Shown: piece by piece, positions 53,062-64,000 of the stretch
Layout: each line of letters opens with the position of its first letter
Numbering within the stretch: position 1 is the first letter of the stretch
NCBI GenBank assembly: GCA_030390025.1
Contig: CM059432.1
Span: 6,634,001 to 6,698,000, forward strand
Reading direction: 5' to 3'
Length of the DNA stretch: 64,000 bases
Origin: Squalus acanthias
Taxonomy: Eukaryota
The notes under the pieces: generated by a model
What the model was told of the DNA's origin: nothing
Seen by the model: the letters and a program-made list of their open reading frames with translations, nothing else
Database searches by the model: none
Made by a program: the position numbers and the translations under genes

Positions 53062-53505
53062 CAGCATAGAAGGGGGCCATTCAGCCCATAGCGCCTGTGC
53101 TGGCTCTTTAAAAGAGCTATCCAATTAGTTTCGCTCCCCTGCTTTTCCCCCCATAGTCCTGCAAATTTTTCCTTTTCAAGTATTTATCTAATTCCTTTTT
53201 TGAAAGTTGCTATTGAATCCGGTGCTTCCACCACCCTGTCAGGCAGTGCATTTCAGATGATCATAACTCGCTGTGTAAAAAAAAAAAAAATTCTCCTCGT
53301 CTCCCCTCTGGTTCTTTTGCCAATTATCTTAAATCTGTAAACCCTCATTGCATTTAAAAAGTACTTGGATATGCGCTTGAAGTGCAGTAACCTGCAGGGC
53401 TACGGACCAAGAGCTGGAAAGTGGGATTAGGCTGGGTAGCTCTATTTCAGTGGGCAGAGGCATGATGGGCCAAATGGCCTCCTGTTCTGTAAATTTCTAC
53501 GATTC
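53062..53505. mobile_element. Two CR1 3' ends joined head-to-head (minus ~53062-53339; plus ~53340-53505)
   Basis: Left piece matches the 58555-58850 subfamily; right piece matches the 12225-12537 subfamily. Confidence 0.8.
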
Positions 53506-53786
53506 AATGAACTTTTTGCTCTGTGACTTGACACAAATACCAAAAAAACCTGTCAGTGGCTGATATAGGAAGAGAGTTATTCTCATAATTTCAGTTCTGT
53601 ATAAAAGGGTATAACACTTTTTACAGAACCATTTACCCGGTGGAAACTCTATAATAAATAATATTTACGTTTAGCCCTAGTGCCATCATGTTGAAACATA
53701 TCAAAGCTTCATACAATGAAATACTTTGAAGAATAGGCAAATGCAGCAATCATATTGCATGAGCAAAAAGCAATGATTTAATATTT

Positions 53787-54155
53787 TTGGGAGAAATGCT
53801 CCGTGGCGTGGTCCTGACCGCCATCGCGCAGCCCGGCACCGCGTCTCGGCGCCGGGCTGCAGCCATGGCACCACACCACCCTGGTGGCCTAGTGTGGACC
53901 ATCGGAGGCCCTGCAGAATGCGCACCGGCCCTCCGCTTTAACTGAAGGGGAGGGGCGTTGATACGCGTCAATGTTCCGCAGAGCCTTGGTTACAGCCCCA
54001 CCAGGAAGTGGAGTGCCCGACTTTGCGTTCCACTTCCTGTGCGGGGTGGTAAGCCGAATTTAGCGGCCGGGGCGGTACTTCCGCTCCAGGCACTAAATGT
54101 CCAGTCTTAACTCTGTTTACCGCCCCCAAACGGGGCGTAACCGAATTTCGCACCC
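53787..54155. mobile_element. Harbinger-type MITE (GC-rich)
   Basis: Right terminus CCGAATTTCGCACCC; degenerate left terminus ttgggagaaatg; CpG-rich interior. Confidence 0.6.
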
Positions 54156-54179
54156 ATCGACTTTGGGACGATTTAATTG

Positions 54180-54640
54180 AAGTATTTAAAATAATGGAGG
54201 GTCTAGACTGTGTGCACAGACTATTTGAAGTAGATGGGTTCGGGTAAATGAGGGGTCATGCGTATAAGCTATATAAGCATAGAACTATGTTATGTAAGGA
54301 GGTTTTTCGTTACGCAGAAGGTTACCAATGCTTGGAACACGTTGCTGGCTTGTGTGATGAATGTGGATTTGTTGCAACAATTCAAAGAAGAGCTGGACGA
54401 GTTCTTTGCTATGGCTAATATCCCTATGTACAAATGATAGTTGGGATGTTGGGTGATGTAGCACATGGTGAGGAATTTCCTGTAATGCCTTTTCCCTAAA
54501 TTTGTCTTGTGCTTGTTATCTGTTTTGTTCCCTCTCCCAGGAGATGACATGACTGTTGTTTGGTAGGAAACAGTGGGGGTCCTAATGCTTAGTTGCATCA
54601 TGACTGGGGCAGGCTCGATGGACTAGTCAGTTTTTTTCTG
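54180..54640 (+). mobile_element. Old CR1 3' fragment
   Basis: GDLIEVFKIM, RGH.YKL, FTQKV.NAWN.L remnants. Confidence 0.65.
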
Positions 54641-54849
54641 TGTGTTCGCATAACCTTAACAAGGAAACAAGACACGCTCTTGGTTTAACATCTATCCCTT
54701 CCGAAGACCTGCACCTCCAATGCAACACTCACTCAGAACTTTACAGGAGTGCCAGCTTAGATTATGTGTTCAAGTCATGGTATGGGGCTCAAGCAGACAC
54801 CCTTCTGAACCTGAGGCCCGAGTATTGCCAAGCTGAGAAACGTGGCACC

Positions 54850-55340
54850 AAAACAAAATACTGCGGATGCTGGAAATCTGAAATAAAAACAGAAATGCTG
54901 GCAACATTCAGCAGGTCAGGCAGCATCGATGGAGAGAGAAACAGAGTTGATTACCTCTCGTCAGAACGGGAAGAAACAAAAAATGGGTCCAGAGGAGCTG
55001 TAAATGGCAACAGCAGAACCATTACCTGCACAATGGGAGCAATGGTTATGATCCGAAGTTGTTGAACTCAGTGTTGAGTCCGGAAGGCTGTGAAGTGCCT
55101 CATCGAAAGATGAGGGGCAGTTCCTCGAGCTTCCGTGAGCTTCATCGGAACAGTGTAGGAGGCCGAGGACAGAGAGGGAGTGGGACAGAGAATTAAAATG
55201 GCAAGTTCAGGGTCACGCTTGCAGACTGAATGGAGATGTTCAGCAAAGCGATCAGCCAGTCTGAGTTTGGTCTCCCCACTGTAGAGGAGACCGCATCGTG
55301 AGCAGTGAATACAGTATACTAAGTTGAAAGAAGTGCACAT
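54850..55340 (-). mobile_element. Penelope-like element fragment with GIY-YIG endonuclease remnant and terminal repeat
   Basis: ORF 55068-55340: CTSFNLVYCIHCSRCGLLYSGETKLRLADRFAEHLHSV, the Penelope GIY-YIG signature. Confidence 0.9.
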
Positions 55341-55764
55341 GGCAGTTTGATTTGAATGATATATCCTTAGTTACATTTGACAGCATAACCGGGCATAAAT
55401 GTTCACACAGGTAATTTAGCTGCATATAACATGTTTTTTTTTAAACAACAATACATGGTATTATTTCACAATCTTTGTTAAATGGGTTCTTTATTAAAGC
55501 TGTTCCTTCTAAGTGAGATATTTTGATATTTCCTCGCTTGCTGTGGGAATTATGAAGTGCTTGTGGGTTCTTCAAAAAGCAACAAATGTGTCACAAATTA
55601 GCTTCCTTTATATTTTGTTTAAATAAAAGGTACTAGCTTTCTCAGCCCATTCACTTACTTTCTTAGCCCAGTGAGTTACAGGTTTAGACCATTTTGGGAT
55701 CTGCCAATCCTGGATTAAAAACAAAGTGGAACAATTATTCTGTTTTGATTTGATTTGCCTTAAG

Positions 55765-56117
55765 TTTTACAATTCTGATCCTTGTTTTCAAATCCCTCCA
55801 TGGCCTCGCCCCTCCCTATCTCTCTAACCTCCTCCTGCCCTACAACCCTCCGAGAACTCTGCGCTCCTCCAGTTCTGGCTTCTTGTGCATCCCCGATTTT
55901 AATCGCTCCACCATTGGCAGCCGTGCCTTCAGCTGTCTTGGCCCTAGGCTCTGGAATTCCCTCCCTAAACCTCTACACCTCTCTCCTCCTTTTAAGACGC
56001 TCCTTAAAACCTACCTCTTCTGCCCTAATATCACCTTATGTGGCTCGTTGTCAAATGTGAAGAGCCTTGGGACGTTTTACGACGTTAAAGCGGCTGTGTA
56101 GATGCAAGTTCTTGTTG
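55765..56117 (+). mobile_element. L2 LINE 3' end
   Basis: IPDFNRSTIGSRAFSCLGPRLWNSLP; tail atgcaagttcttgttg. Confidence 0.9.
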
Positions 56118-56366
56118 TTTTAACGTACTACTTTCATGCTGTTGTGAAGCGCTTTCTGATGCAGACAGATTTAAAGAATAGTTGCATAACATGGAATCAG
56201 GTTGGTAATCTTAAATTTGTCGGAAGAGATTGACGGGACGACTGACTCTCTCGTAACTTAACAAAAGGTTAACCGAAGGGCAGGCGACAGTGCTTCTTTA
56301 TAGCTTGATGGAGTGCGAGGTTCAGCAGCAGAATAATTATCGTCCGCGCACTGTGCATCACACATT

Positions 56367-57066
56367 GGGCCAGAAATTCGGCTCTCCGGCTTCCCGCGGG
56401 TGCAAGGATCGCGCGCGTACTTACCTAGCGCGCCTGCCGTTGTGCTTCGGGCCCGCGTGGAATTCGGCTCCTGGGCCTCCTGCAGCTGCCGGTGTGCAGT
56501 GCTTGCGTATCCCAGGGGCGCAGTTAGTTCGAAGCGTCCCCTGGGATCACGTGGGCCATGGAGAGCCAATCGGAGCAGGGAATCTTCATTCATAGATTTT
56601 GACAGGAAGAACTGTCAAATCTATGAATAGAGATTGGCCCCAAAACCTCACTAAAACTTCAAATAAATTAAAAAAAAAAATCACATTTTTAAAATAACTA
56701 TAAATTACATAAATTAACTACTTGAAACAAAAATTTAAATTTTTGAAAAAATTAATTATACTTTTTAACGGTGCTAAAAATAAACTTACCTTTCTTTAAA
56801 GTATGTAAAAAAAGATAAACCTGTTGAAATTTTTTTTTAAATTGTACTTAATTCACCACTTACCTTGTTAAAAGCAGGCCTTGCGCCCCCTTTTTTCCTG
56901 CGCAGCTTCTCCGTACTTGCCCTCACGGAGAAACCTGAAAAAAAAACGAAGTTCGCTGCGTGCGCGCTGCCTCTCCGGTGCACGCGTTCGATCTCTGAAC
57001 CCCTTCCTTCAGGGGAACGGAAGTTCCGGTTTCCAGCGCATGCGCGAAACTGGCACTTTCTGGCCC
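56367..57066. mobile_element. Harbinger-type MITE, 700 bp
   Basis: TIRs GGGCCAGAAATT / ACTTTCTGGCCC; GC-rich arms and AT-rich core; hairpin at 56588-56628. Confidence 0.8.
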
Positions 57067-57226
57067 AAATGTACCGTCCCAGACAAGGGAGGTTCCCTCC
57101 GTGCTAACTTCCCTTCTTTGAGGCCAGTACCTGTAGTGCAGCAGCAAACTTTAAGCATGCAAATGCTAAGCAACGGAGAAAATAGCTAATCGTGAATTTA
57201 GGATGTCATTTTTTGGTTTAGTAAAT

Positions 57227-57685
57227 AAAGAAAAGAAAGACTTGCATTTATATAGCGCCTTTCATGACCACTGGACATCCCAAAGCACTTTACAACCAAT
57301 TAAGTACTTTTGGAGTGCAGTCCCTGTTGTAATGTAGGAAACGTGGCAGCCAATTTGCGCACAGCAAGCTCCCACAAACAGCAATGTGATAATGACCAGA
57401 GAATCTGTTTTTAGTGATGTTGATCGAGAGATAAATATTGGCCTAGGACACCGGGGATAACTCCCCTGCTCTTCTTCGAAATAGTGCCGTGGGATCTTTT
57501 ATGTCCACCTGAGAGGGCCTCGGTTTAACATCTCATCTGAAAGATGGCACCTCTGACAGTACAACACTCCCTCAGTCCTGCACTGGAATGTCAGCCTAGA
57601 TTTTTGCGCTCAAGTGTCTGGCGTGAGACTTAAACCCACAACCTTCTGACTCCGAGGATGCTACCAACTGAGCCACAGCTGACAC
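57227..57685 (-). mobile_element. Full-length DeuSINE (SacSINE1-like)
   Basis: Reverse complement of the 5921-6389 family; ends ccaactgagccacagctgacac. Confidence 0.92.
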
Positions 57686-58554
57686 TGGCTATTCCAACAT
57701 ATGGGTTTAGATGGCTAGCTTCCATCACTAAGAAAAGCTATGAGTGGTCCAGACGATGAGCACCCCTCTATTCTTCGAATTTGATTCAAATCCAGCTCGG
57801 ACTGATGGGATGAAAATCTTGCTCTGCTGATTATATGTGGGCAGTCTCATTGTGTCCGAGGGTTCGCAGCACAAAATTGCTGTTAAATTGGCTGTAATTA
57901 GGCTAGAGGATAGCTGGTGTGGGAATGCAAGTGTGGCCACGGTGACATAGGGATACTTGTTCGAGATGTAGGTTGTTGGGGCAGTATTGAGAAAAGCTGA
58001 CTGCCCAACTGGTCATTTGATCCATCTTTCACTAGTGGACCTCCTCACCACATTTCTTTATAAATTGTCACACTCTAAGCTTTGTAAAAAATTAACACTG
58101 GATTACATTCTCAGCAGTTATGAGAGCAGAATAGTTAGCATCATCCAGGTTTCTTCAGTAACCTGGCATGCTAAGAACAGCAACCGTATCGGATCGCGTG
58201 TCTGGGAATATTTCTGTATTGAAATAACGTCAACTTGTCACTTTAGTTTTCTGTCAGATTTTCACCAGAGGTGTCTAGCGTGCATTTCCTTCCCGTCATG
58301 CTCAAATTTCAGTGGCGCACCAAGAGAAAAAGTATAGCGAAGCAAAGCCAGTCATATGGAATGTACAGCGAGGCTCTCCAGGAATAGAAAATACTGAAGC
58401 TAGAATAGCCAGGATTGTGACTTGTAGCCTGAAGAGCAGTTTAACTCTGAATGAACGGACCCTGAGTTTACTTAACATCATTCAGATGTTGTTGTCTTGT
58501 CCGGACACAGTTTTACCTTAGCAGCATTGTGCACTATAAGGCATAATGCTCTTC

Positions 58555-58850
58555 ATAGAATCATAGAGTCTTACAGCACTGAAGGAGGCCATCGAGCCTG
58601 TGCCGGCTCTTTGAAAGAGCTGTCCAATAAGTCCCACTCCCCTGCTCTTCCCTGCAGCCCTGTAACTTTCGCCTCTTCAAGTATTTATCCAATTCCTTTT
58701 TGAAAGTTACTGTTGAATCTGCGTCCACCACCCTTTCAGGTAGTAGATTCCAGATCATCATTAAAAAAAATCTCCCCGTCTCACCTCTGGCTCTTTTGCC
58801 AATGACCTTAAATTTGTGTCCTCTCGTTACTGAACCTTCTGCCAGTGAAA
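58555..58850 (-). mobile_element. CR1 LINE 3' end
   Basis: catagaatcatagag tail; IWNLLPERVVDADSTVTFKKELDKYLK. Confidence 0.85.
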
Positions 58851-59129
58851 ACAGTTTGTTAGCCGGTTCTGTATCCCATGATCTTCAAGTTTATTGAGCC
58901 AGATTTTGCTGTAGCAGGGCATTGAACAGCCCCTGCCCCTGCATCCTTCAGCTCAAAACATTTTTGCCCACTAAGTTGCTGAAAGTGTGAGCTGATAACG
59001 TTGCAGCGAGGGAAATGGGGCATCTCGGTCCTGAGTGAACAGGGCAAGTAACTGTGTATCTTATTAACCAATTAAATTGAAAGATTGTGAAATAAACAGC
59101 GCAAGTACTGAGAAGGAACTGCAAATTAA

Positions 59130-59662
59130 AGTGGGTGAATTCAATATCAAATCATGTACAGAAAGAGAAATAAAAAGAGGGAAAGAAAGATTGAATTAAT
59201 AGAGAGAGAAAAAAGAGACAAAGAAAAAGTAAAAAAATTAATATTAAAAATTTTACATTTTTTAAATCTCCCAACAATGAATGTCCCACCTGAATGAATG
59301 AGACTCCACGCTTGTAATAGTTAATATTCAATGCCGGTGAGGTTAATTGGCAGTAATTAGCACTTATGTCGTTAACAGGGTACTTAGACTTGAAATGACG
59401 AGCCTTAACTTCCAGTGGCAAGTTTAATTTGTATCACAAATACAGCAACTTCACGCCATTCAATGCATTTCAGGGGTGAGGCAGACAGCAAGATGCTGTT
59501 TTCACGAAGCTAACTGCAGAGCAACACATTTCGGACTGCAGCTTTCGGATATCCACTTTTAACCGCACATCTGCTCCTCATCTGAAGTTGCTGTACCATT
59601 TGCGCATAAATAATAGCGAAGGGCATTAGGATCACCGTTATTTTGACAGCAAATTCTGGCCC
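59130..59662. mobile_element. Harbinger-type element, one-ended fragment
   Basis: Terminus cagcAAATTCTGGCCC|att; homologous to 23085-23380. Confidence 0.7.
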
Positions 59663-59664
59663 AT

Positions 59665-59970
59665 TATTTGGTACTTCGTCAAATGCCTTTTGAAAGTCCA
59701 TATACACATCATCAACTGCATTACCCTCATCAACCCACTACATTATTTCATCAAAGAACTCAATCAAGTTAGTCAATAATGATTTGCCTTTAACAAATCC
59801 CTGCTGGCTGTCATTGATTACCCATGTTTTTGCAAGTGATAATTAATTTCGTCCGAATTATTGCCTCTAAAAGTTTCCCCACCACCGACGTTAAGCTGAC
59901 TGGCCTGTTGTTACCTGGTTTCTCACTCACCCCTTTTTTGAACGGGGCGTAACATTTGCAACCCTCTGTA
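59665..59970 (-). mobile_element. CR1 RT fragment
   Basis: KPGNNRPVSLTSVVGKLLEAII; YMDFQKAFDEVP. Confidence 0.85.
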
Positions 59971-60029
59971 ACATTTACAACCCTTGTAAAACAGCATATC
60001 TGTCTTAACAACAACAACTTGCATTTAGA

Positions 60030-60345
60030 TAAAAACAGAAAATGCTGGAAATGCTCAGCAGGTCAGGCAGTATCTGTGGAGAGAAACAGAGTTAACGTTT
60101 CAGGTCGATGACCTTTCGTGGAAAAAGTTAGAGATGAAACAGATTTTAAGCAAGTGCAGGGTCAGGGAAAGGGGGGAGGGAAGGAAAGAACAAAAGGGAA
60201 GGTCTGTGATAGGGTGGAAGGCAGGAGAGATTAAATGACAAAAGGTATGATTGTACAAAGCAAAAAGGAGATGGTAATGGGACAAGTAAAGAAACAAAAG
60301 ATGGGTCTAGAAGAGGTGTAAATGGGTATAGCAGAATCATCAACG
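60030..60345 (-). mobile_element. Penelope-like element terminal fragment
   Basis: aaaacagaaaatgctggaaatgctcagcaggtcaggcag...gttaacgtttcaggtcgatgaccttt. Confidence 0.8.
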
Positions 60346-61157
60346 TATATGTACTGGCAAGTAACTGAAAGAGTGTTGTAAGCCTGAGAATCTGTTACCT
60401 CTTGGCCACAGGAGATGGATGTCCAACTAAACTAGAACAGAGGAAAATAGGTAACCAATGAGTTAACATATACCTATTTATTTTTATAAAGCCAAGTAGT
60501 TCAGTATTTCGTCCATGATTGTCAACATGTTCTGAATATAAGCAGCTATTTTCCACCCACTAACGTAAACATTTTGGTTTTATAATTTCTGGGCAGAATC
60601 CAGAATTTATCAGTTCTCCCCTTTTTGCAGCTGGTATTTCATCTAGTTTGTCATTGAAATAAGAAAATCATTCAATATGTTAATTGACAGGAGAAAATGT
60701 TATACTGTAACTAAGATCATTGAGGTGGGATTAGAATTAAGCATTAAAGGTTTAATTTAATTGTAAGTGGATTTGATGACATGATTGAATACTAGTTTAT
60801 AATTTATCTTGAGAGTAAGCAATCTGATAACTCAAGGTCAAGAGCTCCAGACGTTGGCTATGAATTGTAAGTGAGTGGTCTTGACCTGAGAAGCATTAAT
60901 ATATAATGGATGAAGAGCTTTTCCTTCACAGCTTGGTAGCTATGGAACTAACTCTCAAGTACAATTAGACACATTTAGTTGTTAAGAAATGTGTTTTTGC
61001 AGGGTGTTCTGCAAGATGTAAGACTTGAATTTTATGATGCAACTTATCTTTGTTACGAGTAGCTTTGTGAAAGCCTCTCTCCAGAACCATGTGAGGCTTA
61101 TAAACACACTCGATACAGAAGTAAGTACTTTAAAGAGAAATATCTTGTGGAGACAAA

Positions 61158-61778
61158 GGCCTGGAATTTGCGTTAAGATTACATCGTTTTTATCCCAAGG
61201 AAATTCGCGAATAACTGATTTATGCCGAAACAGCGGGGCGTGCAAATTTCCTCGATCGTTTGCGCTGCTTCCAAGATACTTCCGCCGAAACCCTCTGCGG
61301 CTCATTTACGCCAGTAATGCACGGGTGTAGATTTACACCCAATAATTTAGGCACAGCCCGGCCCAAAGTTACTTGACATTGGCTTAAGTAAGATTTTTGG
61401 TTTGAGAGTGATTTTCTTTGCGCTTTCATTTTAAAATTGCTGACTTGAGTCCTGAACTATACTTAACCAACCAAAGTACTGTCAGTGCCAGTGCACCCAG
61501 ATCTTTTTGGACCCCCCACTCATGCATTCAGGAAGGCTTAAGCTGGAATGGCCTTCCCAATGGGCATACCCCAGTTCTGTGCAATAATGGAAGAGAAGCA
61601 GCAGAGGCTGAGAGTGAGGAGCCGTGGCAGAAGGCAGCAGCCCGCTCGCTGTTTGCATTTGCGCTTGTTTTACGCCGGTTTTCTACGTTCCCGCGGAGGC
61701 CAACGAGCTCCACAGGAAATGTTGGCACCGGACGCCCGTGTTATTTCCGCACAAGAGTGATCCAGGAAATTCCAGGCC
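61158..61778. mobile_element. Harbinger-type MITE
   Basis: Perfect 12-bp TIRs GGCCTGGAATTT / AAATTCCAGGCC; flanks AAA/AAT. Confidence 0.8.
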
Positions 61779-62409
61779 AATTTTCTTTGGTTGTAAGTGC
61801 CAGTCCTTCCCTTCTCAGTTCACTGAGACTGGTTTTAAAGATATGAGAACTTTGCTCCCAATTAAAGAGGAGGGTCCTGATGACTTATAATGAATAACAC
61901 AGAACAGAGTGAGAAAATAATAATGACCTGAATATGTGTTAACTGAGACTACACTGAAGAAAACCTTTGTAATGCAAAAATGTTACAGTACGCCTCAAAG
62001 GATTATGCCTCTACGCTATTCCCCTCTGTTGATTTGACGGGAATGGATTAGTACTGTGTTTTTACAATGTAATTTTAGTAAGATTGATGATTATTGCTGG
62101 GATAATTTTTGTTAGCCTTGTGTGTTTTTTTTAAATAAAATGTTGGTGTTCTTTGCACAAATTTAAACTTAATTGGTAGAAAATTCCTTTGAAGATCCCA
62201 GCAGACTAACATAAGGTCTGAATGAGCTAGTAAATAATAACTTGGCAACAGCTTAAACAGTTTGTGTCTTAAGCCTCCTTTAAATTGTAATTAGTTCAAG
62301 CTCAGAAAATAGTTGAAAACTCCCGACACTGGATTAGAGGCTAGTTGTTACTTTTTATGTAGGGAAGAGGACATCATTTTTGCTGAAGTAAGCCTTAAGT
62401 ACAGCAGTA

Positions 62410-63152
62410 GTCGATGACGAAGTCCAACACCGCCTTCACTGTGCCAGTGCAGCCTTCGGTCGCCTGAGGAAGAGAGTGTTTGAAGACCAGGACCTCAAAC
62501 CCGGCACCAAGCTCATGGTCTGCAGAGCAGTAGTAATACCCGCCCTCCTGTATGCCTCGGAAACATGGACCATGTACAGCAGGCACCTCAAAGCACTGGA
62601 GAGGTGCCACCAACGCTGCCTCCGCAAGATCCTGCAAATCCATTGGCAGGATAGGCGCACCAACGTTGGTGTTCTTGCTCAGGCCAACATCCCCAGCATC
62701 GAAGCTCTGACCACGCTCGATCAGCTCCGATGGATGGGTCACATCGTCCGCATGCCCAATACGAGACTCCCAAAACAAGCGCTCTACTCGGAGCTCCGGC
62801 ACGGCAAGAGAGCCCCAGGTGGGCAGAGGAAACGCTTCAAGGACACCCTCAAAGCCTCCTTGAAAAAGTGTAACATCCCCACCGACACCTGGGAATCCCT
62901 GGCCCAAGACCGTACAAAGTGGAGGAGAAGCGTCCGGGAAGGCGCCGAATACCTCAAGTCTCTTCGCCGTGAGCAAGCGGAAGCCAAGTGCAAGGAGCGC
63001 ACTTCAACCCAAGCACCCCACCCACTGTCTGCCCCACCTGTGACAGAGACTGTAGGTCCCGCATTGGACTCAGCAGTCACCTGAGAACTCATTTTTAATG
63101 TGGAAGCAAGTCATCTTTGGTTCCGAGGGACTGCCTAAGAAGAAGTAGTAGT
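62410..63152 (+). mobile_element. RTE-clade LINE 3' fragment
   Basis: ORF 62476-63084: TKLMVCRAVVIPALLYASETWT...CLRKILQIHWQD...QLRWMGHIVRMPNTRLPKQALY; tail gggactgcctaagaagaag. Confidence 0.95.
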
Positions 63153-63199
63153 AATACATTAGAACATTACTGCTGAAGAGTGCCTTTGACACTGCTGCT

Positions 63200-63830
63200 T
63201 GTATCCTATACTACACCCAATTCTATTTGCCCATCTTGCTGACCTACTTCTGTTCGTAAGCCAGCAACGCCTCAAATTTACATTTTTTGTCCTTGTCTTT
63301 CAGTTCATTCATTGCCTATTCCATAACCTCCTTCACCCTTGCAACTTTCCTTAAGAACATAAGAATTAGGAGCAGGAGTAGGCCATACGGCCCCTCGAGC
63401 CTGCTCCACCATGCAATAAGATCATGGCTGATCTTCGACCTCAACTCCACTTTCCCGCCCAATTCCCCCATATCCCTTGATTCTCCTACAGTCCAAAAAT
63501 CTATCTATCTCAGCCTTGAATATACTCAACGACTGAGCATCCACAGCTTTTTGGGGTAGTGAATTCCAAAGATTCACAACCCTCTGAGTGAAGAAATTCC
63601 TCCTCATCTCAGAGGAACTTTCCGTTCCTCTGATTAAAGCCTCTTGCGCATTCCCCGTCCCTTTGCCCCACCACTGGTGGCCATACTTGAAACCCAACCC
63701 TATGCCCAAGTCTTTATCATTCCATCTAATCTCTCTCTCTCTTTGGCTCAATGTTTGTTTCTCATCATACCTCCATGAAGTGCTTCAGGATGTTTTTCTA
63801 CATTAAAAAAAATCATATAAGTGCAAACTG
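63200..63830. mobile_element. Degraded L2 (+) interrupted by CR1 3' end (-, ~63355-63612)
   Basis: L2 remnant cttgctgacctac...agcaacgcctcaaattta; CR1 tail aagaacataagaattaggagcaggagtaggcc. Confidence 0.75.
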
Positions 63831-64000
63831 TGTTGGTATTTATTGCACTACCGACATTTGCTTCTCAAATGAGAGGGAAAGTCTAGAAGGGAAATAGGAA
63901 TTTCCCTCTACATCTGTTCAACTAGAAGAAAGGTTAAAATTAAAAAATAAATCTCCTACTCCTCAGAAGACATTTGTACTTCCAGTCTTTTTGGTGTTAG

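Noticed and set aside
63960..64000. Window ends in ...tctttttggtgttAG, a possible acceptor of the next exon
   Set aside because: Cannot be evaluated without downstream sequence.

Overview
Vertebrate genomic DNA, almost certainly a shark (cartilaginous fish), judged from its repeats: SacSINE1-like DeuSINEs, shark-type CR1, L2, RTE and Penelope fragments, and GC-rich Harbinger MITEs. The only host coding sequence I can support is one 180-nt internal exon of VPS13B (3780-3959, + strand). The rest of the window appears to be VPS13B intron. Most ORFs in the supplied track are spurious or transposon-derived. Notable items: (i) fossils of both genes of the PIF/Harbinger two-component system, namely a spliced Myb/SANT gene and a DDE transposase split by nested insertions, plus many non-autonomous MITEs; (ii) three Penelope termini carrying degenerate hammerhead-ribozyme cores; (iii) a Bov-A-like RTE derivative joining the 5' and 3' ends; (iv) a candidate in-frame 36-nt cassette exon; (v) TA-flanked pogo-like MITEs; (vi) a 1.6-kb polypyrimidine array. 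I found no intact, clearly novel multi-gene system. All family assignments are by eye and from memory, and repeat boundaries are approximate unless termini are quoted.
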